The position numbers and the translations under genes were made by a program. From Bigelowiella natans CCMP2755 (taxonomy: Eukaryota > Protista > Cercozoa): a stretch of DNA of 64,000 bases. Each line of letters begins with the position of its first letter. Position 1 is the first letter of the stretch. The notes beneath the pieces are model-generated. The model did not search any database and was not told where the DNA came from. It was given only the letters and a program-made list of their open reading frames with translations. Shown one piece after another: positions 49,101 through 62,340 of this stretch. The stretch spans positions 1 to 64,000 of the forward strand of contig ADNK01000094.1 of NCBI GenBank assembly GCA_000320545.1, written 5' to 3'.

Positions 49101-51917
49101 TTGGGGTACATGTCTCGTGCATCGATGAAAGAGGTCTGCTCATGATGATTTCTCGGCGCGAAAGAAAGTGTTTTCTCATTGCCACCCCGCCCCTCCCCCT
49201 TTCACGTAGAGTTGGACGCCGAAGGAAGGATTTGCAAGGTCATGGAGCAAGGGTAAGGACCGCAGCGTAGTCATTCAGTATATATACACAGCTTACGTAC
49301 GATATACGACGTGATGCTATTGTATCGTATAGACAAATATGCAACGTTCCTACAATAAGTTAAAGGGACTAGAAGCGAAAGGACAAAATGCATTTTGCAA
49401 AAGCAACGTCGTGTTCCCTACTTGCTCTTCCTGCTGGCTCTCCCCCCTGCCCCCGCTTCAGAACGTATTTACTAACTCAATGCTCACCACCCAGGCACCC
49501 TATCAGTCACTTGAAGAGGGGAAAAGGTATAAGTCTATAATGGTGGCATGTTCTCATTCAGATGAGAGAATCGTAGCCAATGACATGCTCAATGATCAAA
49601 ATTGCAGATGTTCTCCGGCACATACACGCTTATTTTTCAATTTTCTTTTCAAATTCCCGTAGGACTGATCCGCATAAGTTGGGTGTCATCGCATGTATTG
49701 CATGATTTGAGGATATTTGCTGTGAAGCTTTGTTCCGTGACTTCCCCAAAATCTGCTACTAGCTCATTTGCGTTGTTCTTCCAGGCTACGTGATCAATCA
49801 CAAAGCTGCAATCTTCCGACCGAAGCGATATTCATGTAAATCTACTCAAACGACAGTGTGGTGTGTGGTGGTGTGCGTCATCATACGCCTCTTAACGGAG
49901 CAGAAGAAGATCAACAGCGATTAATGTTCCCTTCGGTCGACGTGTTTGTGCCCCTTAATCATGATTATATTCCAGCATATCTCTATTAGCATTAACGACT
50001 CACTAAGACAGCATTTTCCGCCTTTCAGACGATCAGCTTTGCCCGTACTTCCCCCCTCTCCCCCTCCAGGCGAAGTGCCGTATCTATATACAGTATTGGT
50101 GTCGCTGGTGAATTCGTTCGGTGCAAACATGGAGACGATTACATTTCCCATAGGCTTTCGCACGATCGATTTACGGGTACTGGCTGTATTTTAGTCCCAT
50201 ATCCCCCCCCCCCCCCATCATACCTATCATCGTCCTCGTCATCACTTTCAAAGCCGGCGTCGTATTGGTTCTCTTAGGGAGGACAACTGACGCTGAACAA
50301 AGCATCTCTTCGCCTTTTCGGTGTGCTGCTTAAGCCCCTCGCGCATACATATATGCTATGACCTTTTGCATGGGTGGGGTCAAAAGGAATGGCGGTGTCC
50401 TTTCTTTCCTTTTCCTTATGCGCGACGGGGGATTTCTGCTGTAAGAACCAATGAAACAAAAATGCGGCTGCAGGTGGTGTAAGCATATAGCCACCGTCTC
50501 ATCAACAGGGAGAGGGGAGAAATGCAATGCAAGGGGATGGGATAGGGAGAGAAGGGGTGAGGAGGGGCACTTCCTCCGTTTATCTCGCTGACCGATCTTT
50601 AATAAAGGTACATACGCAAAAAGCGCCCACAAACTAGCGGCAGAGGCGGCAATGAGAAAAAGAGAAATATCCAATGAAAATGAAGACACGGCTCTTGTTT
50701 CACAACTAGAAACATCGCTGAAAATAAGCGACCAAAGGGGCGGTCCTTCATCTGCTCCAGCTTCAAATCTTACTAGCAGCAGCTACCCAGACATGATCCC
50801 TTCCTCCTCCTCCTCCCCCCTCTCCTCGTCCCTCCATTATGAGCGGGAGGAAGTGCATCGAGAGCTAGAGAAGTACCTACAGTATATCAAGGTAGTGTGT
50901 GTGTGTGTGTGTGTGGAGAGAAGAGAGAGAAAAAGAGGGGGGATGGGAGGGAAAGATTATATTCTGCTAAGATTATTTCACTCGTAAATACGTTCGTGGT
51001 TTGGGTAAGGCAAGAATACCATCAAACCGATTGATCTATTTATCACAATCACCTTTTCACCGTTCACAACATCACGATGGATGCTGGTTGCTAGGGTGAC
51101 GACTTCAATGCAGTCCTTGCGAGGCCAGAGGAATGCCCGGAAGAGATGTACAGACTTTGTACGGATCTAGGCATCTATGTCATCGATATGGTAGAGTTGG
51201 ACGATCTACAGCATGCTGACGTCGAAGCAATACTCCAGCGTTTCACCCAAGTGTACGTCCCCCCCCCCCCCCCCCCCCATAAACAACCACCATACCACCT
51301 ATAAGCAGCACGAACAAGTAAAAAGATGCAAGCTCTGCTGTACCGCTTTCCATGTTCTCCCCTCTACCCTGCCTCCTTCCGGTGAAAAATCTAACAATTT
51401 TCGTTGTGCTTTGTCTTCGTTCCCCTGCCTACCCTCAAACCGCCATCACCCCGCTGTAGTCATCTGCGCAACCGCAACCATCCATGTGTGGTTGGAATGT
51501 GCGTTAAGCTTCCAAAGAACGCTCCACAGTGCCTTCACCAGCTCATCTATAGCCATCTCAAATCCCTCGACGATGAGCGCTTTGTCGTATCTCTTCTCCC
51601 CCCCCGCCTCTGCCTACGGAAGCGAAGAAGAGAGGTCACCTCGACTTCTACGAGCTGGGGGCGATCATGGCGCGGGGTGGAAGGGGGGGGGCTGCAGATA
51701 GACCCACAGCCCACTTTTCATATGAGAACAAGACATATCCGGGAGACATTGCCATGCTGGAAGGTGTTCCTGCAGCTCTCTCATCGCCATACGCGGTAGT
51801 ACCTCTTCAACTTGTGATCAATGACACAATGAAGAAGATCACGAAGGAGTAGTATAGAGTGCTACTAGTAGTGGTGGTGGTGGTGGTGGTAGTGATAATA
51901 ATAGCAGAGATGCCGTT

Positions 51918-51958
<41 letters not shown>

Positions 51959-52839
51959 GTATATTTCTATATATTTCTATATGTATTCATGTAAACATAT
52001 CAGCGGAAACTCATGATATTCGCACATGACTTCTCTCCGATGTAATCAGGTACCAGCAATGTATAGTGAAATTTGTCTCAGTGCCTGGAAGAGTGGGCTC
52101 AAGATGGTGGGAAGCTTCTCGCGGATAATGAACACGTCGGAGCTTGCAAAATCATCGTCATCCTCCTCATCCTCACTCTCATCCTCCTCCCCATCGATGT
52201 TACATCGGCGAGTGCTGTCGTGCATAAATATCCAAGTTGCAGATGTCTCAAATGGAAGAGTCACTTTGGAGGTTCTAACAACAGAAAATTAAAGAAACAT
52301 ATGCAAGTGCATGTACGCATGTAAATGTTTGTGTATACCCGTTCGTGTGTTAGCATCTTAGTGCAACAATTCTTTGTTGCGTATATCCGCTTAAGTTCTG
52401 TTCCTTTTCCCCATCATCAATTTTGCTGTGTCTCCACATTGGTTAGATCTGCAATCGGAATTTCTTCAAGAGACTGGATATTTATAATGTTTACTACCAA
52501 ATCTTAGAAAACGACTCCCCAATCCCCCCACCTCTCGACCCTTCTCTTAACCGAAGGGACTCGTCAGATGCACAATCAGCGTCATTATCATCATTGTCGT
52601 CGTTGTTATCATCCGAGCACCTCTTCCCGCCACTGGTCTTATCAAAGCTACGAATAAAGCCAAGGCAATGTGAGAAAGTAACCCTTGATGCAGTGCCAAT
52701 ATTATTCCGTCCTATCCCAGGAGCGAAATATCACATCAACATTACCATCGTGTTGAATAGAGATGGCTTAGTCCTTCCACGCGGCGCAGTATATAGAAAG
52801 TTTAAACTACCCCTCATTCTGAAGAACAATATTCGATAG
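46169..52839 (+). CDS. Large multi-exon hypothetical gene (possibly more than one gene); structure unresolved
   Basis: A series of + strand exon-like blocks with GT-AG flanks (e.g. 48300-48460, 49660-49785, 49975-50175, 50650-50890, 52050-52290, 52450-52839). No motif was recognised with confidence. Confidence 0.35.
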
Positions 52840-53454
52840 TGAAACTCCGCCGATAATAGACATCATATGCAAACCCATCCTAAACATACATAAGCATGTA
52901 CCTACAGCTGCTATGCACACGTAGTAGGCATAGCCTAGCTAGCTAACTGTACAGATGCACGTACGTATGCGAGAGATCCTTGAGTCGATTTCCAGTTCCC
53001 ATGCCGCGAGTCTCGCTCAGCGTGCTTAGATTTTGCCCGCAGCGCGTGTCCTTATTCCACGTGACTTTTCCATGCGAGTGCGCTGGGGACTAGGAGTGGC
53101 GCTGCGTTTTAGCACACGAACACATGTCCAGGAACGCGCCTACCTACGCATGCCTAGGCGAGCATGTTACATTGTCATGTGCATGTTTGGTGGCTATTTC
53201 AGCTTTGTTCAACAACTACAAACAGAGTGGCAAATAGCGGTTCACAGCCCATTCAATGATTCTACGATGCTCATTCAAGGCAACACACTCCCTTTTCCAT
53301 GTCATAATTTCGTAAGTTCTCTATCCCACAATAGTCTCCCTTCCTTTGAGATAGTCGCAAAGAATTAACAGGGAGTTCCTCGGGATAATTTTTACTTCCA
53401 ACAAGATCTACCTTGGTTTGTAAGGATTGAACAAATGTACGACTGATGTAATTA

Positions 53455-56299
53455 TCAAAACGGCGAGGATATCAGAGAAGATTGTTCTGACGATGAGGAT
53501 ACAAATATCCATAACAGCCCTGCATTCATTCCCACTATTCCTCCGATCAGAAACATGCTTCTATGTTGCATGTGCCGTTCTAAATAATCATCAAATAGTC
53601 CAATATAACCCACTGGGTTAAGGAGTGGGTATTCAAGTTGATATTCTTGAGCAATCTTTGTTCCAACCATTGTTGAATTTAAGTCGTTCTTTGAACGGTT
53701 GAAATTCGATTGACTTGGCCGTAGACTAACACCGTTTGACTCTTTCAGCTTAATTTCACTCTCTAATAAATTGTTCTCGATGGATGCTTTCATCGATTTA
53801 TCAGTTCGCGACCGTAGGAAGGTGGTACATCTATCATCTAAACTAAAATTTTCGTCTTGAATAAACGATTTCATACTCAGATGTTCGTTAGTCTGTTCAT
53901 TGTTTTCTTTCCCGTGAGAAATAGACGATGTTTCGTCTTTGTGGTCAAAAGACGTGTAATTGTGGGTTCTAAAATCAATGTCAACACCATATTCGTCCCG
54001 AATGTCAAGATCGAATTCATTTCGGTCTGGCTCTACGTTGGGTAGCGTAGCTGTCTTTTTGACAGAGTTCGGGTCATTCGTATCACCAAAATCCGATAGC
54101 CTCTTCTGATCGGAATCCAGGGCTGATGCATTTATGCGTATCCTGTCCATTCTTCTATTCAAAAGCGTATTTCCTAACCAGCTTGTGAGAACTGTCATCG
54201 CAAGAGCAATAGTATAGCCAATCATGTAACCTTCAAGCTTAGAATTTTCCTACCATATTTTCAGTGAGCCAAATACAATTAAGTTCGCTATCAAATTATG
54301 TTCTCTTATATCTTATATCTTTGTGAGAAAAGGAAGATGTGACAAATCACCTTCAGATTTTTTGAGCTCTTTATCAACGTGAACCCAATTTTGTCCCCAA
54401 AGGTGTATTCGGCCAAAAGCTATCCAAAAAGATAAAGATAATAGAGCATAAAATTGATCTTCGTCTTAGAGTTGAATTAGTAGTGTCAAAAGGTACCATC
54501 AAGAGTAGAAGAGGGGTCACAAAGCCTTGTGCAAAAACTTTTTGTCGAATAAACTGATACTTCTTTGCCATATAAATCGCCATCCTAAATGTTCGTCAAA
54601 CGTTCTCTCATCGAAATTCGCAATTAAAATATAGGTGAATTACCCAAGAGATGATTTATCAGACTTCATGAATCTATAATAATTCTCGTATAAAATGCCA
54701 CTTTTCACCAAAATGTCGTTGAATGCAATGATGAGAAGAATTATGATATAGCCGGTGGAAAGGAAATCAACAAAGAGAAGCTGCGAATGGACGGCGAACT
54801 CCTAAATGTGGACAAATTAGTTTGTTATTTAGCCTATATGTTTCTCAATATGTTGCCTGGAAAAATTGAAGGGAGAAAAGAGGGAGTTCAAAAACGCCAC
54901 GATGTCTTTTACGAATGATAGAAACGAGCTCCCAAACTAAGACAGTTGCAAAGGAGGTCGCTGCGTAATTGAAAAGTAACCCCACCGTAGCTACCGACTC
55001 TCTGAAAATTAAAAAATACTAAATATAATTGACCAAAATTCCTTCACTTAAATGCGTTCTTACCTGCCTACTGCATGGCGGACATAACTCCAAAAGTACA
55101 CGATTCCAATGGAGCCGTTTCCAACCGTTGTGACACAAGTAAGAACCAGAGGAAAGTCTGTACCTCCATATGTTTTAATGCTCAACTTGAAGTACTTGAT
55201 GAAAGCGAGATTTGAAATTGTTAACATCATCAAGTATAATGCTTCAGTTAGCTGTTGTACAAAAAATTACATTCAATATGCGAAAGTTTTCATGTGAAGT
55301 AAAGGATAATTACCAGCAAGATGTGTTGTACATTGTGATCAAAATCTTGGAAAATTAGAGAAGTAAAGTGTAGTGCTGATGTAAAAAATCATAAGTTCAG
55401 CCTTAAAGTCGTCGCAAAATATTTCAATACAAACAACCTGGGAAAATGATGAGTCCCCAAACAAACATGTGACGTCTTGAAAATCGAGGCCATGCTTCGT
55501 AGGTTTTAAAGTAAACAATAGATGGATATACATATGCAGTGAATACGCAAATTGCCGCGTTGATACAGACAATAACTGCCTTTGCTGACCGAGGAAGAGT
55601 CATCACCTCCTCCGAGGCAGATATGAAGATTGCTCCCCCACAAATAAGAGAGAATCCCAGCACGTACAGCGCAAATCGTGAACCTTCCCAAGCTTTCGGA
55701 GCAAAGATTCGCCAAGTCAAATATCCATAAGAAATCGTGAAAGTAGTCGATGTTGATAGATAAACGGAAGTTCTCTCATAAGCACCACTGTTAACTGCTA
55801 TAGCTATTAAAAGGTATAATCCAAATCCTCCCAGCAAAATTAAAGGACCATCCGAAAGATATACGGCGGCCCATCCTGGAACATTGCAACACTTCAATGT
55901 GCTATTAATGACATCAAAGATATTAACTTTGCTTTCGGAGGTCTGCATAAGGATAGAGTAGAACTTAAGTTGTAAATTATGCAATGGAACATTTAAAATT
56001 GAACACTGAGCATTGAACTGCGCTTGTAACATGACGATGCATCGAAGATCAAAATGGGCTTAAATTCTCATGGGCACTCATTATTCTCATAATGATGTCT
56101 TTTTCCAAGCTATTAGCAACACCTTTATGAATGGTTGGTCCAAGGAATTCGGATTCGTTTCGTTAGATCCTCCATTCTGCTGTTCGATCGCACCTTGGTT
56201 CTTTGAGTTCGCCTTGCTCAAAGGTACTTCCGAGTAGGACGCAGCCATTGAAGCTCCGAGGTCTAACGAACACAGAGCATTTTGAGAGCGCGACATCAT
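53455..56299 (-). CDS. AT-rich multi-exon multi-pass membrane protein of unknown family
   Basis: ORF blocks 55424-56032, 54374-54583 and 53455-54225 carry many hydrophobic helices and a long polar loop. The putative first exon MMSRSQNAL...PFIK ends at a GT donor. Confidence 0.6.
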
Positions 56300-56324
56300 C
56301 AAACTGGATTTCTCGAATTTTAGT

Positions 56325-56770
56325 TTGCCGGTCACTTGTTTTTGTTGTGTTGGTGTTTCTCATTGCTCATTCATGGGTGTAAGCCCTGTGTTGCCCATGT
56401 TTCCTCACGGCAGCATGTCTAGATTTGCACGCACCGCCATGCACATCTCAGCTAATGCTATTCAAACAGCAATGGCAACAGGGCATCAAAATTCATCCTT
56501 GCTTGTGGCCATTTCTTTGAGTGGATCGTTGCCCCAACACCATCAAGGCAGAGAAAGACGAGGACACGCGCCATTGATGTTGCTTCTAGTCATGTCAACT
56601 TGCCACGCCAGACAGCCATGCAGCGCAGCATGGTTGTCATGCATTTGTTCCACGTCCCGCGCATTGAGAATGCTTCATGCAAATGAGAACGTTTCATTGA
56701 TGTGTCATGTGCGCACGTTTTCTTGCAATTTTTGTGCATGGATTCTCACTGCGCTAGTGGAACAACCATT
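56325..56770. other. Weaker TpA-depleted island 4
   Basis: About 6 TA in 450 bp; in 56461-56770 there are only 2, both CTAG. Confidence 0.6.
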
Positions 56771-56804
56771 GAATTACTGTTTTAGTAACAAATGCAAGAT
56801 CTAG

Positions 56805-58340
56805 TCACGTGATGTGACCGACAGCTTTGGCGAGCGCCTTCTGTTTCATTTTGAGCTTGTGCCGCTTGTTTCGCTCCCTCCGAGTCGCTTTTGACTTCTC
56901 GCAAATCTCGATGAGTTCAGGTGTCACCGCCGCCGATGTTGCGGAAAGAACCTATGTAATTGTGGATCCGATGTGAAACAAGCCTACTCACTGTTCGGAT
57001 TTTCCCTTCATCTTATCACCTGGGCGAGCTTTTCTGCGATCATTAAATCGTTGACAGTGACAAGCGAGTACGCCAAACCGCGCCTCCCCGCGCGCCCTGT
57101 TCTGCCGATGCGATGAACATATTGTTCGATGGTTTGCGGCATTTCATAGTTGACAACTACAGAGATGCCTGGGATGTCTAACCCCCTCGCTGCGATGTCC
57201 TGTTTTTTATCGACAGGGTAGCATTGGTAGAAGATAAGAAATTACTCGTCTAGTTCAGCAGCATGGACGTGCATCATGAGTGGGGGTATGCCTCATCGAC
57301 GAAGCTTAAAAAAAGCACCAAATACACAAACACATACACACACTCGCGACAGCTTGCAAATGTGATAGACTCGATTCCCTTATACTGCTATATGTACCGT
57401 TGCCACAAGCACGGCCTTTCTGTCTGTTCTGAAAGCATTTAGGGCCTCAAGGCGTGCCTCCTGAGTCAAATCGCCGTGCATCGCATGCACCGCTTCATAT
57501 CCCATCACAACCAGCAGCTCCCGCACGTACTCAGCAGCCTTTTTTGTCTGTTATTACAAATTCTTACTGTTACCTACCAACCAACACTTTTATTACTCCC
57601 TCCAAATCTCAAGTACTCCTCGCGATCATCATCAAAATACTTGTATGGTGCGTACGCACTTACGCACACAAATGCTCGCAAACACCTTGACGAACACGAG
57701 TACTCTGTTGTTTCGTCCATTGTGCGCCTCCTGTAGCACATCGAGAAGGAGCTGCGCACGTCCCTCGGTTGTGCAAACTCTTACGATTTGTTCGATGCTG
57801 TCAGGAGCTTCCGAGGCACGTCGAGATTGCTGCTTCCCAACCTAGAGATATGGGAACTACAGTTGTCTTTCATATATATATTTTATATTGCTGCAATCCT
57901 CCCCCCCCCCCCCTCCCCCTCCCCCTTCTCTCGTTCCTCCCCCCTAGTCCTTTTTGTAACGACGGCATTAGGGTTGGGGGATGAAGAATATGCTTAATCA
58001 TCGAGACCTTAATATACACAGGGTGCGACTTGAGAACCTTCCTCGAGAACTCGTCCATTGAAGGAGGCCATGTCGCGCTTAGGAGCAGGCTCTGACGATC
58101 TTTGTGAAGATAGCTAAGACGGTGAGATGGGGTGGGTAGTAGTAGAAGGATTAGAACAAAAGTCAAATTCTACATAAAACCATGCATATAGAAGCGCGAG
58201 CATAATGCCAGAAAGCAGCATGGCAGTAGCCGCAAAGAAAACGAGTGTATTGGGGCAGAGTATGTGATACTTTACCTTATAATCTCCAGTACCTCTTCTC
58301 GAAACCCCATTGACATTAGTCTTCACGGCACGATGAAGAG

Positions 58341-58382
<42 letters not shown>

Positions 58383-58722
58383 AGCACAAAGCAATGATAG
58401 ATTATGAGAGACCACGAGACGCAGCAAGTCATCAGAAAGACAAATTGGGGAAGAATGTAAGGTGGAATCACAGTGGCACCGAATCCTACGGCTGGCATCA
58501 TAATACCATGGTCGCTGCCGTCATCATCAGTAAAGAACATGCTAAGATGATTAGTATCTTGTTTCTTTGCGTACCGATCAGCCTCATCCAGTACAAGAAA
58601 GCGTGTATCTGATAGGTTTAAAGCCCCTGTGTAGTTCTTCATCACGTCCAAGATCTGTATTTCATAACACAAAAACACTTCGATTCAAACGGGATGGTAA
58701 GCTCTTACGAATGTATGGTGAG

Positions 58723-58760
<38 letters not shown>

Positions 58761-59767
58761 AGTCAAAGGGGAGAGGTGGGGTCTGGGGGGGGAAACATAC
58801 TCGCATGAAACACACGCATTTTATATAATTCCTCTAGTGTTCGAATATCATCTCATTGCTCTCTCCTCCTCATTTCTAGTGACCCCGAAGTACTACCACC
58901 CATAGATACCCTTCCAGGCGTGGTGACAATTACGTCAGAGCCCGCGCTGATTGCTTCTATCTGCTTGCGAATGCCACTTCCGCCATACAACGCCCCGACA
59001 CTCTTTTATGTGGAAGAAGATTGAATTGTAGATCATCTTCGTTATCATCATCACCACCACCACCATCACATCGGCCCATATATTTCAGCAGGCCAACAGC
59101 AGCAACTAAACAGGAGCACAAAAACGCGCACGCCTTTCCTAGTGCTACGTTGCAACTTCAACTGAACTCTTAATCTACGGGTGATGGACGGTGCGCCACC
59201 TTTTGATGAGGTAGGAGGAATTTCGAAGCTACTTGGAAGATCTGAAGCGCTAGCTCTCTCGTCGGAGCAATTACCAACCCGCTCGGTCGGCATGTCACAG
59301 CAAAGGAAGACTGAACTTGAGCTGCAAATGAGGACAAGGAGGAGGAAGACGAAGAGACGGATAATGTCGACCTCCCCTTCCTTTTTTTCCTTTTCCAGGG
59401 CGATTTGTCCGAGAAGGGAGAGGGCAATAGGCTCCGCGCCGCTGCTGCTCCGTTGTATGGAAGAACAAAGGATTAGAAGTAGGACGGGACGAAAATAAAG
59501 CTGATATTGCATCGGTGTCATCATCGTCGCCATCATCCATCATCATCATGATTATTATCGCAGGAATGAGAGATTGATATCAGTGAAGAATAGTACACAC
59601 CACCTTGCAGTTGATGCTGCTGCTGATCAATGCCGTCCTCTGGCCGCCTTGCAAGTATATGGGCTAGCATAGGAACGAGATATCCAAGGGTTTTCCCCGA
59701 TCCTTTTGTTTGGCAAGTGTGCGAGTGTGATTGTATGAGCGCATATGTGTAGTATATGTGTAATGTG

Positions 59768-59829
<62 letters not shown>

Positions 59830-60922
59830 TGTGTGTGTCAAAATAAGCTCTGTTATACGTGTGCTGCTACCAGTTTCTGCCGTGGCTAAGATGTCCCTTC
59901 CGCTTAACCCCACCGACCAGCACCACATCTTTCCACAAAAAAGGAGCGGGGGCGTTTGTTGGGATAATAGCGTTGATTTTGTGGTGAGTGGTGTAATTCA
60001 TTCAAAGCAGCCATGCAGCAATAAATCGGAGCGAGAGCAGCAAGAGATCTGCCTGTGTTCGACGCATTCTTTTCATATCTCTTTCTTGCGCTGTACCTGT
60101 ATTGGGGTAGGGGCGACAAAAGCCTTCGGGAATCCTGCCTTCACCTTGTCGTAGGGGAGCAAATGCCCGAGCTCCCTCAGAGAACGAACCTGAGGAAGGT
60201 TAAGACTTTAATGTGAATGCTGAATCAATTTCTCCTAGGGGAAATATATGGAACATTTTGGCCAAGATGAACCCTGTAAGCTCACAACCAATACGAAGGT
60301 AAGGTCTATTTAGTGGCATTTCTATGATTACTGCTATAATCATTACAATTTGGACGATTTTTTGTAAATATGCATGCAGCATCACCACTATCGCCCACCC
60401 ATCATCAAATCGATGTAAAACCCCCCTCCCCAGCATCAAATCATCGATGTCTCTCCTTCTATTTTCTGGCCCCCTCGGTGTTCGTGTTTCTGCTCGCCTA
60501 TCATCCCTCCGAAGTTACCGGTTTCCACTTCTGACGACGTGCGTGCGTGGCGTTGGCGGAGCTCATGTTATCAACTTTGGCAGCTTCATCGGTGTCATTA
60601 AGATTTAAGCGGTCGACAATAACAACGGGGGTACTAACAGTATTCCCAGCAGCAGTGCAGTCAGCAGCAGCTGCATCAACATCTCCCGTGATTCCTTGGC
60701 CTTTTACTTTGTTTGCTTGCTCATGCCTTTGGCGTAGTAGCGTTTGTTTCTTCCTCAACCGTTTTAAAAGAAACGAGGAGGCAGGAGCCTCCCTCCGCAC
60801 ATCATCGTCAACCTATGGTGAAAGAGAAGAGGTATGATATGCGTCGCTCATCGTTGCTAAAATTGGGATCAAGATCAGTAGCAGGGCGGGCTTCTGCTCG
60901 ACAACTATGTGCAAGCTTGCGT

Positions 60923-60960
<38 letters not shown>

Positions 60961-61354
60961 AAAATAGGGATAGGAGAGGAGTGGGAGAACGGTAGGAAAC
61001 GTCGCTGCGCTGACTGCGTCTATTTCTTTTTATAACTAACACCAATGAAGGTTGAGCCAGATATTCATACATTCCATTTTTATGTTGCACTTCCCAACGC
61101 GTAGAGGAGAGCTGTCAGTTCTGAGCGCTCACACACGAAATGATTCATCACCTCTTCCGGGAGGTCGCTCGATGTGTCATCGTCCTGGTGCTTTCGCAGG
61201 CGTTTCTCGCTATCTTTCTTGGGCTGGAGAATACAATGTCAAATAGATGCAAGAATAGGAATAAATAATGACTTTTGTAGATAGATGGCGTTTGTCGCCT
61301 CTGCGTGCGTGTTCTGGCACAGGACGATGGGATTTCTCTCTCTCCCCACCTCAT
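56805..61354 (-). CDS. DEAD-box RNA helicase; 5' end uncertain
   Basis: [12 protein letters not shown]|GKTLGY (motif I), PTRELALQI (Ia), YGG, VTTPGR (Ib), LVLDEADR (II), LSATWP (III), [15 protein letters not shown]|DIAARGLDI (V), [12 protein letters not shown] (VI); stop at 56805. Confidence 0.93.
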
Positions 61355-61583
61355 GAGAGTTCCGTTGCTTAGATGCTACATCTGTAGGGGCGGAAGCGTC
61401 TGGGTAATCCTGTACAATTTAGAAACATAAATTTTAAAGTTGATCCCCACTATTTTCTTAGTTTCACGAATAGGATGGAAAGATTATGCTGCGGCGATTT
61501 TTGTGTAACAGGGTTTTAATGTAATAAGGTGGCGGTCGCTCGAGGTCAGTCAATCACCCTCAATCAATTAAGCAAGCAACTAA

Positions 61584-62340
61584 TTAATAAAGCACCATTG
61601 AAATACGCCTTGCGACGGCAGCTACAAGTTTCGAAGCCATGGAGGTTTCCATCCCTAGACTTTCCAAAAAATGTTGGTCTAGCTGAGCAAGAGTCTTTCC
61701 GTCCACCTAGATGTTATTCGAGAAGAAATTCAGAGTGTGACTGACGGAGAAGATGCGCAAATACGTGGATTGATTCGGTTTATTTATTTCCACCCCTTGC
61801 TCAGCCAGCAGGGCTCCCCATTCTTGCCATGAGGGATTGTCGTCGTCATCATGACTTTCGGCCCTATCGCCTTCTGCACTTCGATCACCCTGCCACAACT
61901 CCGCAACAAATCCCCTGACATGATTCTGATCCCAATCCAAAAGGCATCCTCCTCCATTCCGATGGCTGTTATCTCTCCTTGCAACGCCAAGTCGTTGCGC
62001 GCGGTCTGGAGCAAGCCGGCTACGTAGCTTATCTCTCCGCCGCCGAACGTCATCCCTTAGCACCTGGCTCTTCGTAATCGGCGCAGTATCGGACTGAAGC
62101 GAATCAATCATCGAAAGACACATTTTGAATTTACACTCAATATTGAATTATTGTGAACTGTTAAACGAACTAGAGACGCATGATTTCAGTTCGTTCTTAC
62201 TCGAGTGTCGCAGCAGTCGAGGTTATTCTTCTGATCCTCGCTGCTGCCTATGCTTGCAGCGCCATTTGAGAGCATCACATTTAAGGGCGAAGATTCAGAC
62301 AGCGATGCCCCGATTGAAGTTCCATTGCCCCTGGGTAGCG
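61584..62340 (-). CDS. 3' exons of a SAM-domain protein; the gene probably continues towards or beyond the window end
   Basis: LLDWDQNHVRGFVAELW...WQEWGALLAEQG|VDGKTLAQLDQHFLESLGMETSMASKLVAAV fits the SAM consensus (W...V..., IDG..L..L....L..LG). Stop at 61584. Further minus-strand exon-like blocks lie at 62500-63900. Confidence 0.6.

Noticed and set aside
46169-52839. Identification as AP-5 complex beta subunit
   Set aside because: Only a vague resemblance in the C-terminal exons; an HMM search on a proper gene model would be needed.
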